Shown here in pieces: positions 1 to 13,699 of a DNA stretch of 64,000 nt (positions are counted from its first letter, which is position 1; each line of letters begins with the position of its first letter). The stretch lies in assembly GCA_002269645.1 (NCBI GenBank), contig NIVC01003381.1:36454-100453 (forward strand). The letters run 5' to 3'. The position numbers and the translations under genes are program-made. Under the pieces are notes generated by a model, which saw nothing but the letters and a program-made list of their open reading frames with translations, was not told where the DNA came from and searched no databases. Source of the stretch: Macrostomum lignano. Lineage: Eukaryota.

Positions 1-108
1 AGAAATAAATAAACATTGATGGCGATTTCCAGTGCAATTATTCACACTACTCATAGTAGAGAAGAAAACAAGTAGACTATTTACTGTTATAAAATATCTG
101 GTTAACGG

Positions 109-1241
109 TCAAAGGATCAAGCTGCTGATGGAGTGCTTTAGTCGGGGCTTCTCGTTTGACAGCTTAGTCAGCTGCTGGGGCTGCTGCTGAGGTTGGGGCT
201 GGGGCTGGAGCAGCTGGTGCTGGTGCTGGTATTGGACCAGGTGCTGCTGATGAACCAGCAGCTGCGGCTGCTGCGATGGCAAAGCGCAGGGCTGATGCCG
301 CATCTCCAGCTGGGACTTGCAAACGGTGACCGCGGCGGCTGGCAGGGCGATGCTCGGAGACTGCTGCTGAAGCTGCTCCATCAGTAGGCGCTGCGAGTCC
401 TCCAGAGCGCGACTGAGCGCCACAATGTAGTTCTTGGCCAGCATCAGGGTGGCGATCTTTGACAGCTTGCGAACTGATGGTCCGGTCTGCTGTGGCATCA
501 CCGATCTGATTGTTGAAGGCGAGGAGAGTTCAGTTTGGATTGACATGCATTGATAGTTTAAGCCAAAAACATGAGATAGACTTTAGATTTTGCCTTGTCA
601 ACAGACTTTGATGAAAAATCTATTGATCTACCAGTCTACCCGCCTGTCAATCTACCAGTCTACCCATCTATCAATCTACCAGTCTACCTATCTATCAATC
701 TACCAGTCTACCCATCTATCAATCTACCAGTCTACCTATCTATCTATCTATCTACCAGTCTACCTATTCTATCTATCTACCAGTCTACCTATCTATCTAT
801 CAATCTACCAGTCTACCTATCTATCTATCTATCTACCAGTCTACCCGCCTATCAATCTATACCAGTCTACCCATCTATCAATCTACCAGTCTACAGCAAC
901 AAAGACTCTCCACTTTATCCCCGAGCTTACCTGAGCCCGTCCATAGCCGCATTAAGGTCGTGCATTCGCTGCCTCTCTCGGCTGTTGATCTTCAGCCGCA
1001 GGTCCTGCAGCTCCGAGTCGCTCAGGCCGCGAGCAGCAGCGGCCAAGGCGCCGCCGCGCCGACGACGCCCGCCTGGAGCGACTCCTGCTGATTTCGTCGA
1101 CTGACTTTGCGTTCCAGTCGACTTTGCCGCCACCCCAGCGGAGGCGGGCGGAGCCTCAGCTTCGCTGGTGTCTTCCATATCGCTAGGATGCAGAGAGGAC
1201 AGCTCAGCCCAGGCTGCCTGACCGCAAGCGCTGTTCGACAT
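109..1241 (-). CDS. olig: Olig-family bHLH transcription factor, 2 exons: 1241-931 and 505-109 (about 235 aa)
   Basis: Joining exon 1 (...[28 protein letters not shown]) to exon 2 ([30 protein letters not shown]) rebuilds the diagnostic Olig bHLH. Phase-2 intron 930-506 with donor CAG|GTAAG and acceptor ATCAG|A. ATG at 1241, stop at 111-109. Gln/Pro-rich C-terminus. Confidence 0.92.
627..894. repeat. Composite TCTA / TCTACCAG simple repeat inside the olig intron
   Basis: Alternating tctatcta and tctaccagtctac blocks read directly. Produces the spurious ORFs 590..934 and 595..1104. Confidence 0.9.
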
Positions 1242-1783
1242 TGTTGCGTAGATGAGTCTGGCTCTTAGGATTTGAAAAGATCGAACTGGGATAGCGAAGG
1301 CTCAAGCTGGTGAATTTTGACTCTGTGAGCGAACTCAGATGGCGGGCTTGCCGGGCCTCAGCGGGCCCCATTATTATAACCGTTCCGCGGGTGGGTGGGG
1401 AAGGCCTGAGGCGGTCGGGGGGTTGGGAGGGCTGCCGCCTCTGCTCAGCCAATAGCAGATTGAATACCGATTTTTGTTCCCGGCGCTCGGAGCGTGCTCA
1501 TGTGAAGCTGGATTCCCTTTTACTCGAACCTGCTTCTAGCAATTCTGGCTAAGCTTGTTTGAGTCGCGCGTGCTCAATCTGAGATGATGAAGGACCAGTC
1601 TCCATTTGTTTAGCATTGCGCAAGATCTGTTTTTAACGTAGTCATTTTGTATTTATTAATATATTTGTCATTATTATGAAAGTATTTTAATCTTAACAAA
1701 GCCGACCACAAGACTGAGAGTGCTTTAGAAGGAGTGACAGAGGCCAGGTGTGCGAGTTAGGAGTGCCCACTGGAAGTTCTTGA

Positions 1784-2552
1784 GGGGGGCATCACAAACC
1801 CAAAATATCACAAGCCCGAAATGTCACAAACCCGAAATGTCACACACCCGAAGTATCACAAACCCGAAATATCACAAACCCGAAATATCACACACCCGAA
1901 ATATCATAACTCTGAAATATCACAATCCCGAAATATCACAAAACCGAAGTATCACAAACCCGAAATATCATAACTCTGAAATATCACAATCCCGAAATAT
2001 CACAAAACCGAAGTATCACAAACCCGAAATATCATAACTCTGAAAGATCCCAAACCCAAAATATCCCAAACCCGAAATATCATAACTCTGAAAGATCTCA
2101 AGCCCAAAATATCCCAAACCCGAAATGTCACAAACCCGAAATATCCCATACCCGAAATATCAAAAACCCGAAATGTCACAAACCCGAAATGTCACAAACC
2201 CGAAATGTAACAAACCCGAAATATCAAAAACCCGAAATGTCACAAACCCGAAATGTCACAAACCCGAAATATCAAAAACCCGAAATGTCACAAACCCGAA
2301 ATGTCACAAACCCGAAATGTCACAAACCCGAAATATCACAAACCCGAAATTTCACAAACCCGAAATATCACACACTTAAAATATCAAAAATCCGAAATAT
2401 CTCAAGCCTGAAGTATCAAAAAACATGAAATATCACAACTTCGAAAGTCCACACAACGCCCAACGCTATTTTGTTTTTGGAATTATGGAATTTTGGGTTT
2501 ATCATAGGAAGCGCTTTCGGAGTTTGATTTTTCGGGTTTAAGATGGCGACCC
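1784..2552. mobile_element. Possible non-autonomous inverted-repeat element carrying the 17-bp minisatellite
   Basis: Left end GGGGGGCATCACAAACCCAAAA resembles the reverse complement of the right end (GGGTCGCCATCTTAAACCCGAAA), about 17/23 matches. No clear target-site duplication. Confidence 0.3.
1790..2440. repeat. Degenerate ~17-bp minisatellite (aaacccgaaatRtcac-like)
   Basis: Dozens of aaacccgaaatatcac / aaacccgaaatgtcac copies in tandem. Confidence 0.9.
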
Positions 2553-3286
2553 ATTACTGAGTGACTGAGTTGAGTGACAGAGGTTAGATGCCTGAGTTAT
2601 AAGTGTCCACTGGGAGTTTCAGAGTGACTGAGAGTGCTAGAAGGAGTGACAGAGTAGTGAACCCAGTTTGTTTAAGCGTTCAAGAGTGCTAGAAGGAGTG
2701 ACAGAGTAGTGACAAAATGAAAGAACTGATTCAGCCACCGTTTAAAAAGCATTGAAATCTGTTATTTTTTATCAGTTGTGAATCTCGCACAGTGCAGACT
2801 TTCGACTTGCTCAACCTTTTGCCTCATCATTGAGTAATCTGGAGGCTGAATGAGTCCACAAAACAATGTTGCGAAACTGCACAGATTCCCTTCTGCATGC
2901 TTCATCTCCGTTATCCCATGCTCACCTGCTGTCATTTGGATTCACAAGTCTGAGAACTCAGTTTAGAACAGACTGCAGACAGGCGGACCGTCTGACTGTT
3001 GGGACACATATAATATATATAATATAAATCATATATGCCAAAACCAAAACTCCATCGCTGATTCTGGAAACTGATAGTGGGGACTTCCCTCCATCATATT
3101 TGAGCCCCACCCCTAACTCACTCGTCTTTGCAGTATGCAACATGTGCCCGGGATGACAGAGCAGAGGTGAGAGGTGAGCCATGCAGCCTAGCTATATATG
3201 ACTTGGTTTTGATAAAAATTGAGCTAAGCATAAAATAAGTTTTTAAAGATACTAGTTTTGATGTGGAAAAGTGCTGGCGAAGTTGC

Positions 3287-5452
3287 CAGAAACTTCACAA
3301 ACTACAGAAACTTCGCAAACTACAGAAACTTCACAAACTACAGAAACTTCACAAACTACAGAAACTTCACAAACTACAGAAACTTCACAAACTACAGAAA
3401 CTTCAAAAACTACAGAAACTTCACAAACTTCAGAAACTTCACAAACTACAGATACTTCACAAACTACAGAAACTTCACAAACTACAGAAACTTCACAAAC
3501 TACAGAAACTTAACAAACTACAGAAACTTCACAAACTACAGAAACTTCACAAACTACAGAAACTTCAAAACTACAGAAACTTCACAAACTATAGAAACTT
3601 CACAAACTACAGAAACTTCACAAACTACAGAAACTTCACAAACTACAGAAACTTCACAAACTACAGAAATTTCACAAACTACAGAAACTTCACAAACTAC
3701 AGAAACTTCACAAACTACAGAAACTTCACAAACTATAGAAACTTCACAAACTATAGAAACTTCACAAACTATATGAACTTCACAAACTACAGAAACTTCA
3801 CAAACTACAGAAACTTCACAAACTACAGAAACTTCACAAACTACAGAAACTTCACAAACTACAGAAACTTCACAAACTACAGAAACTTCACAAACTACAG
3901 AAACTTCACAAACTACAGAAACTTCACAAACTACAGAAACTTCACAAACTACAGAAACTTCAAAAACTACAGAAACTTCACAAACTTCAGAAACTTCACA
4001 AACTACAGATACTTCACAAACTACAGAAACTTCACAAACTACAGAAACTTAACAAACTACAGAAACTTAACAAACTACAGAAACTTCACAAACTACAGAA
4101 ACTTCACAAACTACAGAAACTTCACAAACTACAGAAACTTCACAAACTATAGAAACTTCACAAACTACAGAAATTTCACAAACTATAGAAATTTCACAAA
4201 CTACAGAAACTTCACAAACTACAGAAACTTCATAAACTACAGAAACTTCACAAACTACAGAAACTTCACAAACTACAGAAACTTCACAAACTACAGAAAC
4301 TTCACAAACAACAGAAACTTCAAAACTACAGAAACTTCACAAACTACAGAAACTTCACAAACTACAGAAACTTCACAAACTATAGAAATTTCACAAACTA
4401 TAGAAACTTCACAAACTATATAAACTTCACAAACTACAGAAACTTCACAAACTACAGAAACTTCACAAACTACAGAAACTTCACAAACTACAGAAACTTC
4501 ACAAACTACAGAAACTTCACAAACTACAGAAACTTCATAAACTACAGAAACTTCACAAACTACAGAAACTTCACAAACTACAGAAACTTCACAAACTACA
4601 GAAATTTCACAAACTACAGAAACTTCACAAACTACAGAAACTTCACAAACTACAGAAACTTCACAAACTATAGAAACTTCACAAACTATAGAAACTTCAC
4701 AAACTATATAAACTTCACAAACTACAGAAACTTCACAAACTACAGAAACTTCACAAACTACAGAAACTTCACAAACTACAGAAACTTCACAAACTACAGA
4801 AACTTCACAAACTACAGAAACTTCACAAACTACAGAAACTTCACAAACTACAGAAACTTCACAAACTACAGAAACTTCACAAACTACAGAAACTTCACAA
4901 ACTACAGAAACTTCACAAACTACAGAAACTTCACAAACTATAGAAACTTCACAAACTACAGAAACTTCACAAACTAAAGAAATTTCTCAAACTACAGAAA
5001 CTTCACAAACTACAGAAACTTCATAAACTACAGAAACTTCACAAACTATAGAAACTTCACAAACTACAGAAACTTCACAAACTACAGAAACTTCACAAAC
5101 TACAGAAATTTCACAAACTACAGAAATTTCACAAACTACAGAAACTTCACAAACTACAGAAACTTCACAAACTATAGAAACTTCACAAACTACAGAAATT
5201 TCACAAACTACAGAAATTTCACAAACTACAGAAACTTCACAAACTACAGAAACTTCATAAACTACAGAAACTTCACAAACTATAGAAACTTCACAAACTA
5301 CAGAAACTTCACAAACTACAGAAACTTCACAAACAACAGAAACTTCACAAACTACAGAAACTTCACAAACTACAGAAACTTCACAAACTATATAAACTTC
5401 ACAAACTACAGAAACTTCACAAACTACAGAAACTTCACAAACTACAGAAACT
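3287..5452. repeat. 18-bp minisatellite (agaaacttcacaaactac)n, about 120 copies
   Basis: Near-perfect tandem units with a 9+9 internal structure. Source of the RNFTNY / ETSQTT / LHKLQK pseudo-ORFs. Confidence 0.97.
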
Positions 5453-6549
5453 AGAAGAAGCGGGCCAGATGACCCTTCAAAAGCTAGCCATAACTTATGC
5501 TGGCCTCTTTTGTTGGATTCATCGCCGTCTGTCGGGCTCGAAAATTCTTTAAAAACTTTCTCGCTCTACCTGCCAGACTGGCTGGATGCGTGCCGTTCCC
5601 GTTCATATCTGTGCTCATGATCTCGCCGCGGATGACCAACTATCTATAAGCCCGCAATAATCACAGTCATAACTCTATAGCAATATATGGTTGACTTGTT
5701 GACAACGGACTGCTCCAGTTCACCGTACACTACATACATACATCAATAAACCACACATTCCACTTGACATGCCAGAGTCTCATAATGTAAAGTAGAGGCA
5801 AAACCCGATCATTTGAGTCTGATAATAAGCTTCCGAGCTAGACAAAACATTTACGGTCTCTATGCAGTCAACCGTGTTTACCCTTATATAAGCTATCAAT
5901 TACCGACATCAATTAAGGCCAGAGACAAGTAGACATACTACATGCTCAACTAGTTGAGCATCCTATATTTCTCATATTAGTTTCCACTGCCAAGAAGCAG
6001 TGGAGGGTATCCCACTTCCCCTATGATCCCGAAAATCAAGGATTGAACACGAACGAACAGTTAATAGTTGAGTTGATTGCTAATACTATATAGTTTTCCC
6101 AAATATTAGTTGGGATCAGGGCATTCTTCCAGTGTGTGTGGGTGTTGTGGGCGGAGTTGGCGGGGCATCTAGAATGGATCCATCTTGACGGCACCAAAAC
6201 TCTGTCACATGTTCGAATCTGCGTTTCGAGCACAGACTGTATTCGGGAGCTGTAATTAAGCAGTAACTACAGTACGACTAACTCATAACTTTTACTTTTT
6301 TAGGTCTGTGAAATTAGAGGTTTGTTCACCAAAAGTTGCAACAAAATTATGTTCTTTTTTCAACAAGAAACTAAATGAAGTTTTTGACTAAAAATAATAA
6401 GGGCTCCAATGTTGACAAACGGTGATACTTTTTTCGGCTTTTCATATGATAAGCATGAAGTCATGTGAGTGAAAATAATCAATGCAAATCTTTGCTCTTT
6501 TTTAACTAAGCGAATGGGTGCTACTTCTACGAATTTATGGGCTATCCCG

Positions 6550-7580
6550 GATAGAGTCAGTAGGTTAGCTTCAGTCAGTAGGATAGAGTCAGTAGGTTAG
6601 CTTCAGTCAGTAGGATAGAGTCAGTAGGATAGAGTCAGTAGGATAGAGTCAGTAGGATAGAGTCAGTAGGATAGAGTCAGTAGGATAGAGTCAGTAGGAT
6701 AGAGTCAGTAGGATAGAGTCAGTAGGTTAGCTTCAGTCAGTAGGATAGAGTCAGTAGGTTAGCTTCAGTCAGTAGGATAGAGTCAGTAGGTTAGCTTCAG
6801 TCAGTAGGATAGAGTCAGTAGGATAGAGTCAGTAGGATAGTCAGTAGGATAGAGTCAGTAGGACAGAGTCAGTAGGATAGAGTCAGTAGGATAGAGTCAG
6901 TAGGATAGAGTCAGTAGGATAGAGTCAGTAGGATAGAGTCAGTAGGATAGAGTCAGTAGGATAGAGTCAGTAGGATAGAGTCAGTAGGATAGAGTCAGTA
7001 GGATAGAGTCAGTAGGATAGTCAGTAGGATAGAGTCAGTAGGATAGAGTCAGTAGGATAGAGTCAGTAGGATAGAGTCAGTAGGATAGAGTCAGTAGGAT
7101 AGAGTCAGTAGGATAGAGTCAGTAGGATAGAGTCAGTAGGATAGAGTCAGTAGGATAGAGTCAGTAGGTTAGCTTCAGTCAGTAGGATAGAGTCAGTAGG
7201 TTAGCTTCAGTCAGTAGGATAGAGTCAGTAGGATAGAGTCAGTAGGATAGAGTCAGTAGGTTAGCTTCAGTCAGTAGGATAGAGTCAGTAGGATAGAGTC
7301 AGTAGGATAGAGTCAGTAGGTTAGCTTCAGTCAGTAGGATAGAGTCAGTAGGATAGAGTCAGTAGGATAGAGTCAGTAGGATAGAGTCAGTAGGATAGAG
7401 TCAGTAGGATAGAGTCAGTAGGATAGAGTCAGTAGGATAGAGTCAGTAGGATAGAGTCAGTAGGATAGTCAGTAGAATAGAGTCAGTAGGATAGTCAGTA
7501 GGATAGAGTCAGTAGGATAGAGTCAGTAGGATAGTCAGTAGGATAGAGTCAGTAGGATGGAGTCAGTAGGATAGAGTCAG
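6550..7580. repeat. 14-bp minisatellite (agtcagtaggatag)n with gttagcttc variant units
   Basis: Direct reading of tandem units. Confidence 0.96.
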
Positions 7581-7777
7581 CACGAGAATGAATCCCAGAT
7601 CTCGCAGTCAGACAGGCGCACTGGCAGTGTTGGCCAGTCACCCCTCTTCATAAATTATTCTCAATCGTTAATTTACAATGTCCCGCTAGCCACAAGGCGG
7701 GAGTTGCCACCCGTCGAGTTTGGAGCAACTCCACAAGAAAAGAATTTATTTTCATTGTTCAAAATTATTCGGCCAGT

Positions 7778-8026
<249 letters not shown>

Positions 8027-8711
8027 CTGAGCTCCCTGGGCTATTAGGAATCCTGTTCAGCTCCCAAGTTTTGGGAGAAACACGAGAGAGATCAAATGGT
8101 TGGAGCCCGGTGTGGTCTGACATTAGAAAGTTTGCTTACAACAGGTGCAAAATTTGTACAGAGTTGAACTTGGCTGAGCAGGAAGAAAGGGGAGAATTCG
8201 TTACTTTTGCTACAGTGGAGTGTGGGAAGGGGTCGGTGGGTTTAACGCGATCACGCGCGCTTGAGCCCCCCCCCCCTGAGGCTAGGTGTGGGAGCACAGC
8301 ATCACCTGCCGCCTCATTTGCTTTAGTTTGAAGAGATATAGCCCGCCGCTAGCAAAAGAAAAAAACTCCCACCTCCCCCTAAATCCATCGCTGCAATCTC
8401 CCTACACCCTCTGTAAGATAATATTTATGGGAAAATTGAAATAAAAATCTCCTAAACACGTGTTTTCAGCTTGTCATCTGTCAACCGAAGCCAGTGTGTC
8501 AGTAATGAACTGGTAGAATTCAACCACTTTTTTAGCATCTGGCTACATTGTGCGATTCTAACAGGCCGGCTTCAGTCGGACAGACGTCTGCAGATGCCAG
8601 GGCCAGTGTTTCTGTATAAATCATAACTCGGCTCAAGAGATGGGTTTTTAATTTTCGGGGGTTGATTCGGGACTCCCCCGAGGCCAGCTGACCCTTTGAC
8701 CCCCTTGCATC

Positions 8712-9940
8712 CTGCACGCTTGTGCCAGTGTGTGCTAATCAATCTGCACGCTTGTGCCAGTGTGTGATAATCAATCTGCACGCTTGTGTCAGTGTGTGCT
8801 AATCAATCTGCACGCTTGTGCCAGTGTGTGCTAGTCAATCTGCACGCTTGTGCCAGTGTGAGCTAGTCAATCTGCATTCTGCACGCTTGGGCCAATGAGT
8901 GCTAGTCAATCTGCATTCTGCACGCTTGGGCCAATGTGTGCTAGTCAATCTGCACGCTTGTGCCAGTGTGTGCTAATCAATCTGCACGCTTGTGCCAGTG
9001 TGAGCTAATCAATCTGCATTCTGCACGCTTGGGCCAATGTGTGCTAATCAATCTGCACGCTTGTGCCAGTGTGTGCTAATCAATCTGCACGCTTGTGCCA
9101 GTGTGTGCTAATCAATCTGCACGCTTGTGCCAGTGTGTGCTAATCAATCTGCACGCTTGTGTCAGTGTGTGCTAATCAATCTGCACGCTTGTGCCAGTGT
9201 GTGCTAGTCAATCTGCACGCTTGTGCCAGTGTGAGCTAGTCAATCTGCATTCTGCACGCTTGGGCCAATGAGTGCTAGTCAATCTGCATTCTGCACGCTT
9301 GGGCCAATGTGTGCTAGTCAATCTGCACGCTTGTGCCAGTGTGTGCTAGTCAATCTGCACGCTTGTGCCAGTGTGAGCTAGTCAATCTGCATTCTGCACG
9401 CTTGGGCCAATGAGTGCTAGTCAATCTGCATTCTGCACGCTTGGGCCAATGTGTGCTAGTCAATCTGCACGCTTGTGCCAGTGTGTGCTAATCAATCTGC
9501 ACGCTTGTGCCAGTGTGAGCTAATCAATCTGCATTCTGCACGCTTGGGCCAATGTGTGCTAATCAATCTGCATGCTTGTGCCAGTGTGTGCTAATCAATC
9601 TGCACGCTTGTGCCAGTGTGTGCTAATCAATCTGCACGCTTGTGCCAGTGTGTGCTAATCAATCTGCACGCTTGTGCCAGTGTGTGCTAATCAATCTGCA
9701 CGCTTGTGCCAGTGTGTGCTAGTCAATCTGCACGCTTGTGCCAGTGTGTGCTAATCAATCTGCACGCTTGTGCCAGTGTGTGCTAATCAATCTGCACGCT
9801 TGTGCCAGTGTGTGCTAATCAATCTGCACGCTTGTGCCAGTGTGTGCTAATCAATCTGCACGCTTGTGCCAGTGTGTGCTAGTCAATCTGCACGCTTGTG
9901 CCAGTGTGTGCTAATCAATCTGCACGCTTGTGTCAGTGTG
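8712..9940. repeat. 32-bp minisatellite (tgtgtgctaatcaatctgcacgcttgtgccag)n with 39-bp variants
   Basis: Tandem units. Variants carry a tctgcat duplication. Confidence 0.96.
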
Positions 9941-10105
9941 CGCCTAAATCACTGATTGGAAATTGAAAATGTGCACTTAATCAGGCATCCTAAGAAATCA
10001 TTAGAAAGGATTTTTGTAATCTTCAGAGATTTCAGCCCAAAGTTTCTCAGCCAGTTGAGCATCATAAACTGATCGGTCAACTGTCAAAAGTCATTACTAT
10101 TATTA

Positions 10106-10396
<291 letters not shown>

Positions 10397-10419
10397 TCAT
10401 GTTTATTTGGTGCCTCCTT

Positions 10420-10935
10420 CATCATTTGACGCTTCCTCTATCATTTGGCGCCTCCTTATCACTTGGCGCCTGCCTCATTCAATATTTGGCGCCTCATACA
10501 TCATTTGGCGCCTCATTCATCAGTTAGCGCCCCATTCATCAGTTAGCGCCTCATTCATCAGTTGGCGCCGTCTTCATCATTTGGCGGCTCTTCATTATTT
10601 GGTGCCTCCATCATTTGGCGCCGCCTTCATCATTTGGCGCCGCCTTCATCATTTGGCGCCGCCTTCATCATTTGGCGCCGCCTTCATCATTTGGCGCCGC
10701 TTTCATCATTTGGCGCCTCATTCATTATTTTGCGCCTGCCTCATTCATAATTATAATTATTTGGCGCCTCCATCATTTGGCGCCTCCATCATTTGGCGCC
10801 TCCATCATTTGGCGCCTCCATCATTTGGCGCCTCCATCATTTGGCGCCTCCATCATTTAGCGCCTCCTGATCACTTGGCGCCTGCCTCTTCATCTTTTGG
10901 CGCCTCCTGATCACTTGGCGCCTGCCTCTTCATCA
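10420..10935. repeat. 16/19-bp minisatellite (catcatttggcgcctc)n
   Basis: Tandem catcatttggcgcc cores with variable 3' ends. Confidence 0.92.
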
Positions 10936-12044
10936 TTACGCGCGAAGTCTTATCAGCGTTCGACGTTCAACGTTTAAAATCTCTTCAAAATCAGGTTAGG
11001 CACTACAGTGCGATATTTTCATCATCATAAAGTATCTTCGTTAGGTATTTCTAAAAATAGACTCAGTCAGATTCCGGGCTTATAAAAAGAATATTTTGAA
11101 CAGCTAAAATCCGTTTGACTTTGACTCATCCCCCCCCCCCATTGTCCGCCTGGTCCGGAGAGACGGGGACAAAACAGTTAATTAGTGGACTCCAGCTTGG
11201 CAACACACGGCGCCAGCCTCAGATTACCTGTCTGCCTAGCTAAATGCAGATGGCTTCCGTGATTCCCGGGGCCCCTCCCTGCCCCGTCGAATTCCTTCAC
11301 TACTACAGCAGCGTCATTCAAATGGAAGCAACAGCGGCCGCCCTATGCTGACACAATTCAGCCAAGCAAGAAAAACGGTGCTTTTAAGGCCAACCGACTT
11401 CGCCTTATCTTCCAGTTTGTTGAAGCGTGCCCGGAGCTCGATCTCAGATGAGGCGGGGTGGGTATTAGGTGTCGGACCTTCTGTTCTCACATCGGCCATT
11501 GGGCTTGTCTTATCAAACACGTGGTTTTTCTGTGTCTTCTGCTCCCCCCCACGGATCAACTGGGCGACAGACGGCCGAGTGAAAGTGCGGGGCCGCCCCA
11601 GCAATCGGGCCCGATGATCTTCTTGCCAATCTGACAAGTCTTTGTGTGCCTCTGAGCACTGATCTGGGCGGTCATCCATCTCAATTAGTGCCACAGAACT
11701 GTTTGTTGTCGTCTGTCAGGTCGACTCAGTTTAGATTTGTGCATATATAGCTATCCAGTTGACATACGGGGGCAGGGGATAGCTTGTTTCCTGTTCGAGG
11801 CGCGATAAGAACTCTGTTAATAATAGATTGAAATATATTTATTATATATTATAGATCAAAATCAGGTAGCCGATGCAATAATTCGCTTTATTTTGAATTA
11901 GAAGTATCCGAAATATCATCATATTTGAAATCGAGTTATTTATATACGGTAGTAAGTCAGATAATTGGTCCATTACTTGGAATTATCCATCTCTGTTGTG
12001 CTGCAATGATTTCAGTGTGTAGGCTGCCTCTGTGAAACACGGAT

Positions 12045-13130
12045 CAGAGAGACTGGAGTGACGGATCATAGAGAGTAGAGTGAGGGATCAGAGAGACTGG
12101 AGTGACGAATCATAGAGAGTAGAGTGAGGGATCATAGAGACTGGAGTGACGGATCATAGAGAGTAGAGTGAGGGACCATAGAGACTGGAGTGACGGATCA
12201 AAGAGAGTAAGGTGAGGGATCATAGAGACTGAAGTGACGGATCATAGAGACTGAAGTGACGGATCATAGAGACTGAAGTGACAGATCATAGAGACTGGAG
12301 TGACAGATCATAGAGACTGAAGTGACGGATCATAGAGACTGGAGTGACGGATCATAGAGACTGGAGTGACGGATCATAGAGACTGGAGTGACGGATCATA
12401 GAGAGTAGAGTGAGGGATCATAGAGACTGGAGTGACGGATCAAAGAGAGTAAGGTGAGGGATCATAGAGACTGAAGTGACGGATCATAGAGACTGAAGTG
12501 ACGGATCATAGAGACTGAAGTGACAGATCATAGAGACTGGAGTGACAGATCATAGAGACTGAAGTGACGGATCATAGAGACTGGAGTGACGGATCATAAA
12601 GACTGGAGTGACGAATCATAGAGAGTAGAGTGAGGGATCATAGAGACTGGAGTGACGGATCATAAAGACTGGAGTGACGGATCATAAAGAGTAGAGTGAG
12701 GGATCATAGAGACTGGAGTGACGGATCATAAAGACTGGAGTGACGGATCATAAAGACTGGAGTGACGGATCATAGAGACTGGAGTGACGGATCATAAAGA
12801 CTGAAGTGACGGATCATAGAGAGTAGAGTGAGGGATCATAGAGACTGGAGTGACGGATCATAGAGACTGGAGTGACGGATCATAGAGAGTAGAGTGAGGG
12901 ATCATAGAGACTGGAGTGACGGATCAAAGAGAGTAAGGTGAGGGATCATAGAGACTGAAGTGACGGATCATAGAGACTGAAGTGACAGATCATAGAGACT
13001 GGAGTGACAGATCATAGAGACTGAAGTGACGGATCATAGAGACTGGAGTGACGGATCATAGAGACTGGAGTGACGGATCATAGAGACTGGAGTGACGGAT
13101 CATGGAGAGTAAAGTGAAGAATCATACGGA
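12045..13130. repeat. 22-bp minisatellite (ggatcatagagactggagtgac)n with higher-order blocks
   Basis: Tandem units. The rare variant aagagagtaagg recurs at 12201, 12443 and 12927. Confidence 0.96.
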
Positions 13131-13699
13131 CTAGACTCTAGGGTCATAGAAAACAAAGTGAGGGATAATAGAGAGCAGAGTGAGGCATCACAGTGAGTTC
13201 AGAGCAGGACTCACCGAAACTGCTCCACTTGATCATAGGGGACACTGCCAGGAATGTAAATGTAGTGATAGTGGCAGCAGGGCTCTCGAACTCCTCGATG
13301 CTTCGCGTGCTTACGAGCTTTTCTACAATCGATTGAACGAAAAATGAACACATTTCCTGCTCTACTATCAGTAGTACTAAGAAAGCAAGTTTTATTGGGA
13401 CCGCCGATACCTGCAATCGGAGCAGCTGATGCGAAATGGGCAGCATATTAAAATCCAAGGCATGTTTATATAACAGAATTTACAAATTTATTCAATTTTT
13501 TTATGTTATTAAATGGTTAAAAAAGCTGACTGGAGACAGTGGAGCACAATGTGCTCAATTTATGCCAAGTTAGGCCATTAGGTACTACCTTTCATATTTT
13601 CAGTTATGGCGTTATTCGGAGGCTATATATGATGCAGCTCGTATACGGTAGTGCCACAGTGATAAATTCTTCACGAGAGTAAGTTTTGCCATTAAGAGG

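Noticed and set aside
3258-4423. Long ORFs of repeated peptides (RNFTNY, ETSQTT), and likewise 28908-29675, 38928-40040, 42678-43897, 34887-35434, 15007-15701 and 58139-59818
   Set aside because: They coincide exactly with tandem arrays whose units lack stops in some frames. Several lie in introns, are open on multiple frames or strands, and often start at non-ATG codons.
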